From: Gammaproteobacteria bacterium
Lineage (GTDB): Bacteria; Pseudomonadota; Gammaproteobacteria; Ga0077536
Length of the DNA: 64,000 bases
Reading direction: 5' to 3'
Assembly: GCA_050184115.1 (NCBI GenBank)
Contig: JBFXAQ010000013.1
Location: forward strand, 44,674 to 108,673
Below are positions 56,292-64,000 of this stretch, in pieces. Under the pieces are notes generated by a model. That model did not search any database and was not told the origin of the DNA. It worked only from the letters and a program-made list of their open reading frames with translations. Numbering within the stretch: the first letter of the stretch is position 1; every line of letters begins with the position of its first letter. A program made the translations under genes and the position numbers.

Positions 56292-58258
56292 GCACACGTC
56301 CCGACTTCCAGGCCGAGTTCGACGAGCGGCGTCCGGCGCGCCTGCGCGACTGGAGCGAAGCGCAGTTCGAGCGCTTCTACCACTGCGATCGCTTCACCGC
56401 GATGGTGCTGACCAACCGCTTCCGCTACACCGTCGATCACATGAGCACGGGGCTCATGTTCAGCGCCTTCTCGCCGATCATCCGCGATTGGTACGACTTC
56501 GCCATCACCATCTCCGGCCCGCCCGACATGGACTACCCGATGACGGCGGTGTCGAACTCGCTGGTGGTGTTCCTCGGCACGATGGAGGACGGCGTGCGCA
56601 ACGTCGTCGAGGAATACGGTCTCGAACGCCTGAAGCCCGGCGACGTGCTGCTGTGCAACGACCCCTACCGCAGCGGCAACCACGTCAACGACGCCCTGTT
56701 CATCCGCCCGGTGTTCCACGACGGCCGCGTCATCGCCTTCGTCAACGCTCGCGCCCACCAGCTCGACATGGGCGGCATCGCCGCTGGCGGCTTCAGCGGG
56801 TCGAAGGCGAACATCTACGAGAACGGCCTGGTCATCGGCCCGACGCTGCTCTTCGAGCACGACCGCCCGGTGCGTTCCACCTTCAGCCTGGTGTTCGACA
56901 ACACCCGTTTCCCGGGGCTCCTCGCACCCGACTTCATGACCATGGCCGAGCAGCTCAAGCTCGGCGAGCGCCTGGTCGCCGAGAGCATCGCGCGCTACGG
57001 CGAGGCGGCCTACCGTGGCGCCGTGCGCTACGTCTGCGACGCCTCGGCCGAGGCCATGGGCGACGCCATCGAGCGCATTCCGGACGGCGACTACGCCTTC
57101 GAAGAACCGCTCGATGCCGACGGCGCCGGCGACGACGAACCGCTGGTCGTGCGCGGCACCCTCTACAAGCGTGGGCGGCGCGTCGAACTCGACTGCAGCG
57201 GCTCCTCGCGCCAGGCGCGCACCTGCATCAATGCCGGCGCGCTCGACGCCAAGACCGCCGTCGGCGTCGCGCTCAAGTTCCTCGTCGACCGCGAAACGCC
57301 GTTCACCTCCGGTTCCTACCGGCCCATCGACGTCGTCGTGCCGCCGGGCACGCTGGTCTCCGCCATGCCGCCTGACGGCGCCATCATGATCTACTGGGAG
57401 GTCACCCAGGCGCTCCTGTCCGGCATCCTGCGCGAGGTCGGCCGCGCCATCGGCGACGAGGCCTTCGGCGGCGACATGGGCGGCATCTCGGTGCACAACG
57501 CGCACGGCATGAACGACGACGGCACGCCGTGGGCCAACATCGGTCTGGTCGGCGGCGAACACGGCCCGTGGGGTGCCGACCGTCATCACGATGCTGACAG
57601 CTACGTCGTCACCTACATGATCGACGGCCTCGACCCGGCGGCCGAGGGCATGGAGCAGGATTCTCCCGTGCTCCTGCTGCGCAAGGAGTTCGTCACCGAC
57701 AGCGCCGGCCCGGGCTACAACCGCGGCGGTGCCGCGGTGATCAAGGACGCCCACTGGGAGACCGCGGGCACGCATTACTCGGTGCCACTGCGTTTCAAGC
57801 AGCCGGCCGGATTCGGCGCGGCCGGTGGTGGGGCAGGTGCCACCGGCGGTTGCTGGTTGTTCGAGCCGGACGACCCGGGCCGCGCCAACGCCGGCAGCAT
57901 CATTGGCCTGGATGCCGGCGCCTACGCGCACTCGACCCCCATCGCGGGGGTCGTCGACCCGCAGACGCGGGCACTCGACCCCGCGGGTGAGTACGCCTAC
58001 TACGGCCGCCAGCCGACCTGGCACACGCGCCCGGGCGCCTATTCGCGCTATATCACCAACGGTGGCGGCGGCTGGGGCGATCCGTTCACACGCGAGCCCG
58101 AGCGCGTGCTGGCCGATGTGCGCAACGAGTACGTCAGCATCGCCGGCGCGGCGCGGGACTACGGTGTGGTGGTGATCGGCGATCCGGCCAACGACCCGGA
58201 AGGCCTGCGTATCGACGCGCCAGCAACCGCGGAACTGCGTGCCGCCCGCCGCGGCTGA
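56288..58258 (+). CDS. Hydantoinase B / oxoprolinase-family subunit (HyuB-like)
   Basis: 656 aa collinear with the Hydantoinase_B family. ATG overlaps the hyuA-like stop (ATGA). Confidence 0.9.
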   Translation: MSTRPDFQAEFDERRPARLRDWSEAQFERFYHCDRFTAMVLTNRFRYTVDHMSTGLMFSAFSPIIRDWYDFAITISGPPDMDYPMTAVSNSLVVFLGTMEDGVRNVVEEYGLERLKPGDVLLCNDPYRSGNHVNDALFIRPVFHDGRVIAFVNARAHQLDMGGIAAGGFSGSKANIYENGLVIGPTLLFEHDRPVRSTFSLVFDNTRFPGLLAPDFMTMAEQLKLGERLVAESIARYGEAAYRGAVRYVCDASAEAMGDAIERIPDGDYAFEEPLDADGAGDDEPLVVRGTLYKRGRRVELDCSGSSRQARTCINAGALDAKTAVGVALKFLVDRETPFTSGSYRPIDVVVPPGTLVSAMPPDGAIMIYWEVTQALLSGILREVGRAIGDEAFGGDMGGISVHNAHGMNDDGTPWANIGLVGGEHGPWGADRHHDADSYVVTYMIDGLDPAAEGMEQDSPVLLLRKEFVTDSAGPGYNRGGAAVIKDAHWETAGTHYSVPLRFKQPAGFGAAGGGAGATGGCWLFEPDDPGRANAGSIIGLDAGAYAHSTPIAGVVDPQTRALDPAGEYAYYGRQPTWHTRPGAYSRYITNGGGGWGDPFTREPERVLADVRNEYVSIAGAARDYGVVVIGDPANDPEGLRIDAPATAELRAARRG

Positions 58259-58262
58259 GTCT

Positions 58263-59762
58263 TCAGCCGGCGTCGAGGCTGGCGCGGTTCAAGCCGCTGG
58301 CCGGATCGTAATCGAGGCGCACGCGACGACCGATGACGTTGTCGCCAGTCAGCGCGGCGAAGGTGGCGTCGTTCTCGTCGCTGTTGGCGACGAAGCGCAG
58401 GCCTTCGTCGGTGCGGCCGTAGACGATGCCGCGCGACGGTGATTGGTCGCGCGCGTAGACCACTGTCCAGGTTTCGATGACGCCGCCGCCGCTGGCCTGC
58501 TCGGTACGCGCGACCGGGCCGTCGCCGGCGAGCGGCGCGGCGGCATCGTCGAGATCGTGCCGGCCGAGATCGGTGTCGCCGGGGGTGTCGGCGTAGATGC
58601 CGACGGCGTGCTTGTGCATGAACCAACCCAAGGCCGTCGCCATGGCGCTGTGCAGACGACCGGCGGCGATGTTCTCCGCCAGGCTGGCGATGCCGTGCAG
58701 GGCGTAGTTGCTGCCCGGTCCGCCGAAGTAGCCGAGACCGCCGGTCTGGGTCAGCGGGCGCGGGTCGTCGTCGCCAATGCCGAGCTCGCCGCGGGCGACG
58801 TTGACCGCGCAGGGGAAGCAACTGTAGAGATCGAAACCCTCGAGCTCGGATACGCGCAGGCCGGCGCGGGCCTGGGCCTTGGCAGCCGCCTGCGCCAGCG
58901 GTGGGCTGCGCGTGTAGTCGGCCTTGTCGACGAGGAAGCGCTGGCGATCCTTGGCGAAGCCGCCGCCGCGGAAATACACCGCGCGGCCGGCACCGTCGCG
59001 CAGGGAGCGTGCGATCTCGTCGGTCGTCATCAGTACCGCCGCGCCGAGATCGGCCATCACCAGCGAGACCATGCGCTTGGTGTAGGGGAAGCAGATGGGG
59101 CGGTTGTCGGGTGCGGGCGTGGTGATCGCCGCGGCGCCCAGCGGCGCACGAGTCCAGGCGTTGGGATGACCGGCGGCGACCTCGCTGAAGCGCGCGAGTT
59201 GGCCTCCGACCTTGGCCAGCCAGGCGTCGAGCGGCAGGCCGGAGCGCGCCCACAGCGCGTTCTCGAACAGTGGGAAACCATGGATGGGCAGGGTCACGCC
59301 ATGGCGCTGTTCGTAGTCGTCGCTGCCGACCGCGTCCTCGGCGTCGTAGTCCGCGGGGATGCCCTGGATGAGGGCGGCCTCGCCACGCACGTCGGTGTCG
59401 GCGCGCGGGTAGAAGGTCTCCGCGCCGCAGATGAGCACCGCGCGGGCCTCGCCGCGGGCGAGCATGCCGGCGGCCTGGTTGACGAAGTTCTGCGGCACCT
59501 CGCCGCCGATCCCGGAGATCCTCACGTGGGCCGGGTCGATGCCGAGGCGGCGCGCGATCTCCGTGCCCGGCTCGACGAGCATGCGGCTCTGTGTGCGGAC
59601 CACCAGCAGGGCGTCGACCAGCGGCCAGATGCCGGCCCCGGCGACGGCACCGGCATCGCGCGCGGCGCGTTCCATCATGTCGATCGGATCGAGGTAAGGT
59701 GGCGTGGCGGACTTCGGCTGCGTGACCTGGCCCCAGCCGACGATGACGACGTGTTCTGGCAT
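58263..59762 (-). CDS. Thiolase-like (SCP2-thiolase-type) protein fused to a C-terminal DUF35/OB-fold domain
   Basis: N-terminal thiolase fold with Cys in the LICGAETF region. C-terminal OB-fold-like segment (GGGVIETWTVVYARD...GIVYGRTDEGLRFVAN). RBS GAGGAG. Confidence 0.7.
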   Translation of the reverse strand: MPEHVVIVGWGQVTQPKSATPPYLDPIDMMERAARDAGAVAGAGIWPLVDALLVVRTQSRMLVEPGTEIARRLGIDPAHVRISGIGGEVPQNFVNQAAGMLARGEARAVLICGAETFYPRADTDVRGEAALIQGIPADYDAEDAVGSDDYEQRHGVTLPIHGFPLFENALWARSGLPLDAWLAKVGGQLARFSEVAAGHPNAWTRAPLGAAAITTPAPDNRPICFPYTKRMVSLVMADLGAAVLMTTDEIARSLRDGAGRAVYFRGGGFAKDRQRFLVDKADYTRSPPLAQAAAKAQARAGLRVSELEGFDLYSCFPCAVNVARGELGIGDDDPRPLTQTGGLGYFGGPGSNYALHGIASLAENIAAGRLHSAMATALGWFMHKHAVGIYADTPGDTDLGRHDLDDAAAPLAGDGPVARTEQASGGGVIETWTVVYARDQSPSRGIVYGRTDEGLRFVANSDENDATFAALTGDNVIGRRVRLDYDPASGLNRASLDAG

Positions 59763-59923
59763 GACTTTCTCCTCACCACGGCAAGCCGCGACTATAGCGC
59801 AAGCGGTTCTGTCTCAGGCCGTAAGGCCGACACTTGCGGCGTGTAAATCGCCTGCACAGAATACCGCCAGCACGTGACGGCCGTGGTCGCATTCTGTACC
59901 ACGCACACGCGGGGGGAGTGGCG

Positions 59924-60865
59924 ATGGCCATGTTCGTTCAGGACGCAACGACGACGACCGGCGACGCGCGCATCGCGCACTTTTCCTATGCGTCGTGGCT
60001 CTCGCTGTTCGCCGGCGTGTGGCTGCTCATCGTCGACCAGCGCCTGCAGACGGTGCTCACCACAGTGGCCGGCCGTGGCGCTGCACATCCGCTGTCGAGT
60101 CCGAGCCGGCTACTGCCACTGCTGTGCGTTGCGTATGTCTGCTTCCGGCTCGTGCGACCCTTTCCCTTCCTGGCGCCGCGCGCCGCTGAGCCATCGGGCG
60201 GCCTCTACGTTCTCGGTGTGGCCCTGACGAGGGCAGCCGCGCTCTCCGCGTTGGCCTGCGCTACCTGGATCGTCGCCCTGCCTTACCTTGTCGCGGGATT
60301 GGCCATGATGCAGATCGCTCTGCCGATTCTCGTGTTAGGCGGTTTTCTGTGCGTCGAAGCGGCAGTGCGGCGGGCACCCGCGGCGCAGCGTCGGAACGCG
60401 CGCTACCTCGACGGCGGACTCGTGGCGGCGCTGTTCATGACGACCGCGCTCAGTGTCTGGTTCGTGCTGCATCTGGCTCCACGCTCCGGCGTGGCTTTGC
60501 TGGTGTTGAGGACCTTGAGCAATCCGACTGACGCGATCCTCGTGATCATCGGTACCGGCATGGCATTCGGATTCCTATGGACCTTGCTCGAGCGACCGCG
60601 ACGCGTGCTGCGACGGTACGCGTTATGGCGCGCGATCGTCTGCGGATGCTGGGTTCCTGCGATTTACGCGTTCGCGGTCCTGGGCGTCGGCGCTCACCAC
60701 CGGCAGCTCGATTCGAGCTTCGGTTCCGATAGGCTGTGGCGTGGGTTGTACGAGGCGCTTGGTGGCGGTACACACGTGCCGACGCCCGTTCTCATTGCCT
60801 GGGGCGTCGTGACGTTTGCTGCCTTGCTTGTTCATCTGGCGCAGCGGCGCGAGGTTCGGTCATGA
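59924..60865 (+). CDS. Hypothetical polytopic membrane protein (about 8 TM helices)
   Basis: Hydrophobic helices throughout. Start at MAMFVQ after GGGGGGAGTGG. No recognisable domain. Confidence 0.5.
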   Translation: MAMFVQDATTTTGDARIAHFSYASWLSLFAGVWLLIVDQRLQTVLTTVAGRGAAHPLSSPSRLLPLLCVAYVCFRLVRPFPFLAPRAAEPSGGLYVLGVALTRAAALSALACATWIVALPYLVAGLAMMQIALPILVLGGFLCVEAAVRRAPAAQRRNARYLDGGLVAALFMTTALSVWFVLHLAPRSGVALLVLRTLSNPTDAILVIIGTGMAFGFLWTLLERPRRVLRRYALWRAIVCGCWVPAIYAFAVLGVGAHHRQLDSSFGSDRLWRGLYEALGGGTHVPTPVLIAWGVVTFAALLVHLAQRREVRS

Positions 60866-62847
60866 GCGGACGTGTATTGCTCATTGCGATCTGTGCGTTG
60901 GTGTTCGTGGCCGCCATCGAGGCCACCACCGGGCGCGCTGCGTTGACGCGGAGTTTTCCCAACGGCGTAGCGCTGCAGGATTATGTCCGCGACGAGGGCG
61001 AAACAAGGGCGACCTGCCAGGCGGTCAACGAGTTCGAGATAGCCGCGCTGCCATTGAGAGGCCGCGTCGTACACGTCAGTGGCCGTGCGCAAGAGGTCCA
61101 CAAGGCCGAGATCAAGCGAATCATCGAACAGCGCTTTCGCGACAGCGAGGTCTACGTCGATGACGTTCAACAGCGTGCTATCCGGGGCATCGTGTCGCAT
61201 TACATGCGAGGTGGCGTCCCGGTGGAAGCCGTCACCGTGGAAGTCGAGGAGCGTGGGCTCAATCCGCCGCGCAAACTCGCGCGCCAGCGTACGCTCAGCA
61301 CCTACCATCAGGTGACTATCCGGGCTGCCGGCAGTGCAGTGACGGCGCGTTGGCAAGGCGTCCTCGGCAACACATGTGGCGAACTGCACGAGGTCACCCC
61401 GTTCGCAAAGTTCATCGAAGCTGCCGCAGCGGCAGCAGGTGACACCAGTCCACCGAATTTTGCTGAGCTTTACGGCGCCTCACTGGAAGCGGAACTGGTC
61501 ACCATCGATGCCGACTACGTGGCGCGCCGCGATGAATTCTCCGCGCCTCTGGTCGCCGATGACTGCCTCGCCTACATCAGTGACAGCGAGAAGCGTCGCG
61601 CGAAACGGCTGACGGTGCCGACGACGGGCGGGACCGTCACGCTCGAACCTGTCGCGACCGAGCCAGTACCGCCCGCGGTGGTGTGCAGTGCGGGGCGTAC
61701 GGTGCTCGTCGTGCGGAACCTCGACCGGATCGCTGTCGTCGCTGTGGACCGCGATGGCAGCTTGCTGGGTGCGACCGAGTTGAAAGTGGCGAACGTCGGT
61801 CTGCGCGAGGCATTCAGGGACGCGCAGGTCGATGGCGACCGGGTCTCGGTGGCGCTGGTAGCCTATGCCGTCAACGACGACGGTCGTCTCGTCGCCACGA
61901 GCACGCACGGCTTGAATGTCTACCTCCCGCCGCCAGTCGCGGCGGACCCGGGCGAAGTGCCCAAGGCCCAGCGCGCCTGCCTGGCAGCGCCGTTGCCCGA
62001 ACTCGCTCGAATTCCCCTCCACGAGTTCCAGCTGAACGCGCTGGGCGGCAGCGGCTTGGTCCGACCCGCCGACCACCGTCCGATATCGCTGCGGTACCTG
62101 GTGGTCGACGCGCTCTACGAGGACCTGGCGTTGTCGATCCGCGGCCTGGAATCGCCCAGCGTGTTCTACGTCACCGTCGTGCCGGGTACCAGGCTGCGCT
62201 ATATCGAAGTCGTTGGTCGTGGTGAGCAGATCGTGGTGGTCGACGATGCAGAGACGATCGTGAACGTGGCAACGGCGCCAGACTGCCCGAGCTACATCGA
62301 CGCCGAGGGCCGCGCGCGGGATTCTCGTGTCGAGCGCGTGAGTGCCGCCGCGCAGCGCAGTCCACGCAAGGTGATGCGCGTGGTGGGTGCAACGCGTAGT
62401 GACCCCGCTGCGGACTGGCAGGCAGTCGATTCGGCCCTGCAAAAGCTCGGCTACACCCGCTTTCGGGACAGCGCTGACTATTTTTCGACGTTGGCGCGCA
62501 GTGGGCTTCTGGTCGAGCCGAGCGGCAAGGATTTTGTCAGACTGCGGCAGCTGTATTATGAGGGTCTGCCCACGCGTGAAAAGCTGTGGTCGTGGTTCAG
62601 CGCGCGCCCGGGCCTCGACTTGCGGGCACACTTCCGGGTGGACCAGATGCGCCTGGTCAAGGCGCCGCTGGCGTTGCCCGACCTCGGCAAGTCCTTCGTC
62701 CCGCTCTCCGAGCCGGTGTTCATCATCGAGGCCGGGGTGCCGCTCCCCGACGGCGATGTCTACCGGTACATGGTCCTGGATGTCACTACGCTGAGTTGCA
62801 AGGGGCAGGTCGACCGCTGCCCCTGGCGGGGTGGTGCACGCGATTGA
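60862..62847 (+). CDS. Hypothetical 661-aa protein with N-terminal signal anchor, no recognisable domain
   Basis: ATG overlaps the upstream stop (ATGA). N-terminal MSGRVLLIAICALVFVAAIEA. Coding-like composition throughout. Confidence 0.5.
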   Translation: MSGRVLLIAICALVFVAAIEATTGRAALTRSFPNGVALQDYVRDEGETRATCQAVNEFEIAALPLRGRVVHVSGRAQEVHKAEIKRIIEQRFRDSEVYVDDVQQRAIRGIVSHYMRGGVPVEAVTVEVEERGLNPPRKLARQRTLSTYHQVTIRAAGSAVTARWQGVLGNTCGELHEVTPFAKFIEAAAAAAGDTSPPNFAELYGASLEAELVTIDADYVARRDEFSAPLVADDCLAYISDSEKRRAKRLTVPTTGGTVTLEPVATEPVPPAVVCSAGRTVLVVRNLDRIAVVAVDRDGSLLGATELKVANVGLREAFRDAQVDGDRVSVALVAYAVNDDGRLVATSTHGLNVYLPPPVAADPGEVPKAQRACLAAPLPELARIPLHEFQLNALGGSGLVRPADHRPISLRYLVVDALYEDLALSIRGLESPSVFYVTVVPGTRLRYIEVVGRGEQIVVVDDAETIVNVATAPDCPSYIDAEGRARDSRVERVSAAAQRSPRKVMRVVGATRSDPAADWQAVDSALQKLGYTRFRDSADYFSTLARSGLLVEPSGKDFVRLRQLYYEGLPTREKLWSWFSARPGLDLRAHFRVDQMRLVKAPLALPDLGKSFVPLSEPVFIIEAGVPLPDGDVYRYMVLDVTTLSCKGQVDRCPWRGGARD

Positions 62848-62878
62848 GATAGATCGACCATGACTGGCGTTCAGGTCG

Positions 62879-63022
62879 GTGGGCAGCCCGCAATTCTCGC
62901 CGGTACGCTGGTTGCGATATGTCGTCGTTCGTTGCTGGTACGGCGCGCCTGAACAGTGCTCCTCGTGCTTTGTCTCGCGCCAAGTAGGATGCGCGGCTCA
63001 TCGATCTTGCTCGTGAGGCAGG
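62879..63022. repeat. Repeat family C, copy 2 (about 75 % identical to 28609-28763), overlapping the 3' end of the methyltransferase gene
   Basis: Shared blocks CCCGCAAT..TCTCGC, TGCGATAyGTCGTyGTTyG and GCTCCTCGyGCyTTGTyTCGCG, plus an ATCGAaCTTG-like terminus. Confidence 0.55.
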
Positions 63023-63798
63023 ACGCTCGCGGGGCGGACGAAGCGCAGCACGAAGCGATCGGTGCGATGCCTGATGGCGTCTTCGAATACGTTGAGGCTG
63101 CGGTCGTCATCCGGATTGCGCAGGACGTCGCTTCGCGCGGCGAGCTCGAAGCCGGCGCGCTGCCAGTCGGCGATGGCGTAGTCCTCGTCGATACGGTGAA
63201 GTTGCTGTGCGGCGATCGCGCCGCTGCGGGCCATCGCGGCATGATCGACGATGACCACGCTGCCACCCGGCTTGAGCGCGCGCATGACCTGGCCGAAGAA
63301 CCACTCCCGCCCCGGCAGCGGCGAGAAGTCGGCGAAGAAATAGAGGTCGTGGTAGCCGAGGCCGATGAAGATCAGGTCGAAGCGTGCTTCGCCGAGGCCG
63401 AGGTCGTTGATCTCGGCATCGTGCACCGTCACGCCGGGCACGCGCCCGCCGTCGAAGCGGGCGTCGAGCAACCTGCCCGCGAAGTTGCGGTAGGCGGTAT
63501 TGGTATGGGCGACGACGCTGCCGGCGGAGCCGACGGCGCGGGCGAAGAGTTCCGCCCAGTAGCCGCCGCCGGTGAACAGATCGAGCACCCTCATACCCGG
63601 CTGGACGCCGGCGAAGGCGAGAATCGCGGCGGGCTCGTCGTATGCATCGCGCTGGCGGTCGCGCTGCCAGCGGGCGTCGTCGTCCACAGCCGTGGCGATG
63701 TGCGACGGGGTTTCGGCGCGCGCGCCGAGCGGTACACACAGGCCAACGCTCAGGGCGAGGGCGAACAGGAGCAGGGTTCGTCGTTGAAGGCGGGGCAT
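62998..63798 (-). CDS. Secreted class I SAM-dependent methyltransferase
   Basis: Signal peptide MPRLQRRTLLLFALALSVGLCVPLGARA. SAM motif I VLDLFTGGGYW and post-I acidic residue. RBS GGAGAG. Confidence 0.7.
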   Translation of the reverse strand: MPRLQRRTLLLFALALSVGLCVPLGARAETPSHIATAVDDDARWQRDRQRDAYDEPAAILAFAGVQPGMRVLDLFTGGGYWAELFARAVGSAGSVVAHTNTAYRNFAGRLLDARFDGGRVPGVTVHDAEINDLGLGEARFDLIFIGLGYHDLYFFADFSPLPGREWFFGQVMRALKPGGSVVIVDHAAMARSGAIAAQQLHRIDEDYAIADWQRAGFELAARSDVLRNPDDDRSLNVFEDAIRHRTDRFVLRFVRPASVLPHEQDR

Positions 63799-64000
63799 GA
63801 CGGTGCTCTCCGAGAGTGCTATGGCGGCCGCACCCATGATAAGGGGGTGAGGGACAGCGCGGGTCATGGCAACGGTGCACCGCGGACCCGCCGCGACGCT
63901 AGATTCGATGTTGCGCGCCAGAAGCGGGTGACGCTTGCCGTATCGCGCCAGACGCCCCCGGCATCGGCTGGCGCTGGCGTGGCGCGATGGCTATCTTGAA

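Noticed and set aside
11717-63900. Apparent over-representation of the heptamer GGGACAG in intergenic palindromes (about 12 occurrences)
   Set aside because: A 7-mer is expected about 8 times by chance in 64 kb on both strands. Only the extended matches of 14 bp or more (GGGGACAGACCACG) are treated as significant.

Overview
This is a 64 kb, very GC-rich (about 68-70 % by eye) proteobacterial chromosomal segment, almost entirely coding (about 55 genes). I found no rRNA, tRNA, CRISPR array, integrase or transposase. The 5' end carries a truncated modC, an orphan glycogen phosphorylase, and a small nitroreductase/CoA-ligase unit with a PucR-type regulator and a VOC enzyme. Next come an OmpR/sensor-kinase pair beside a SulP-STAS anion transporter and a tandem-Usp protein. 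A secreted pair follows: a DUF1566 protein and a CarboxypepD_reg / cytochrome c (CXXCH) / Vgb-like propeller protein. After these come an MFS transporter and a dense catabolic island. The island holds two Baeyer-Villiger monooxygenases flanking an ArsR-rhodanese fusion regulator, a BenE-family permease, a PEP-CTERM protein, and a C5-dicarboxylate (itaconate-like) CoA-ester degradation cluster (CitE-like lyase, acyl-CoA dehydrogenase, family III CoA-transferase, EthD, SDR, cupin, divergent MmgE/PrpD). A second MaoC / CoA-transferase / nitronate-monooxygenase unit lies elsewhere. The island continues with an epoxide hydrolase, a secreted MBL-fold lactonase-like protein, and a LysR-controlled nine-gene operon: two CoA ligases, a Rieske oxygenase alpha subunit, MmgE/PrpD, an alpha/beta hydrolase, a Cys4 mini-protein and hydantoinase A/B-family subunits, with a convergent thiolase-DUF35 gene. 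The window ends with a translationally coupled pair of domain-less proteins (polytopic membrane protein plus a 661-aa signal-anchored protein) and a secreted SAM methyltransferase. The main non-coding signal is several families of short palindromic or terminal-inverted-repeat intergenic elements: GGGGACAGACCACG-ended MITE-like elements, GTCAGGTT...GACCTGAC AT-rich palindromes, and a roughly 150 bp repeat present twice. There are also candidate operator palindromes such as GGTGACnGTCACCGATT and TAAGAATAT-n4-ATATTCTTA. Most long antisense ORFs in the six-frame track are GC-skew artefacts and were rejected. All functional calls rest on my reading of the translated sequences (motifs and family resemblance), not on database searches.
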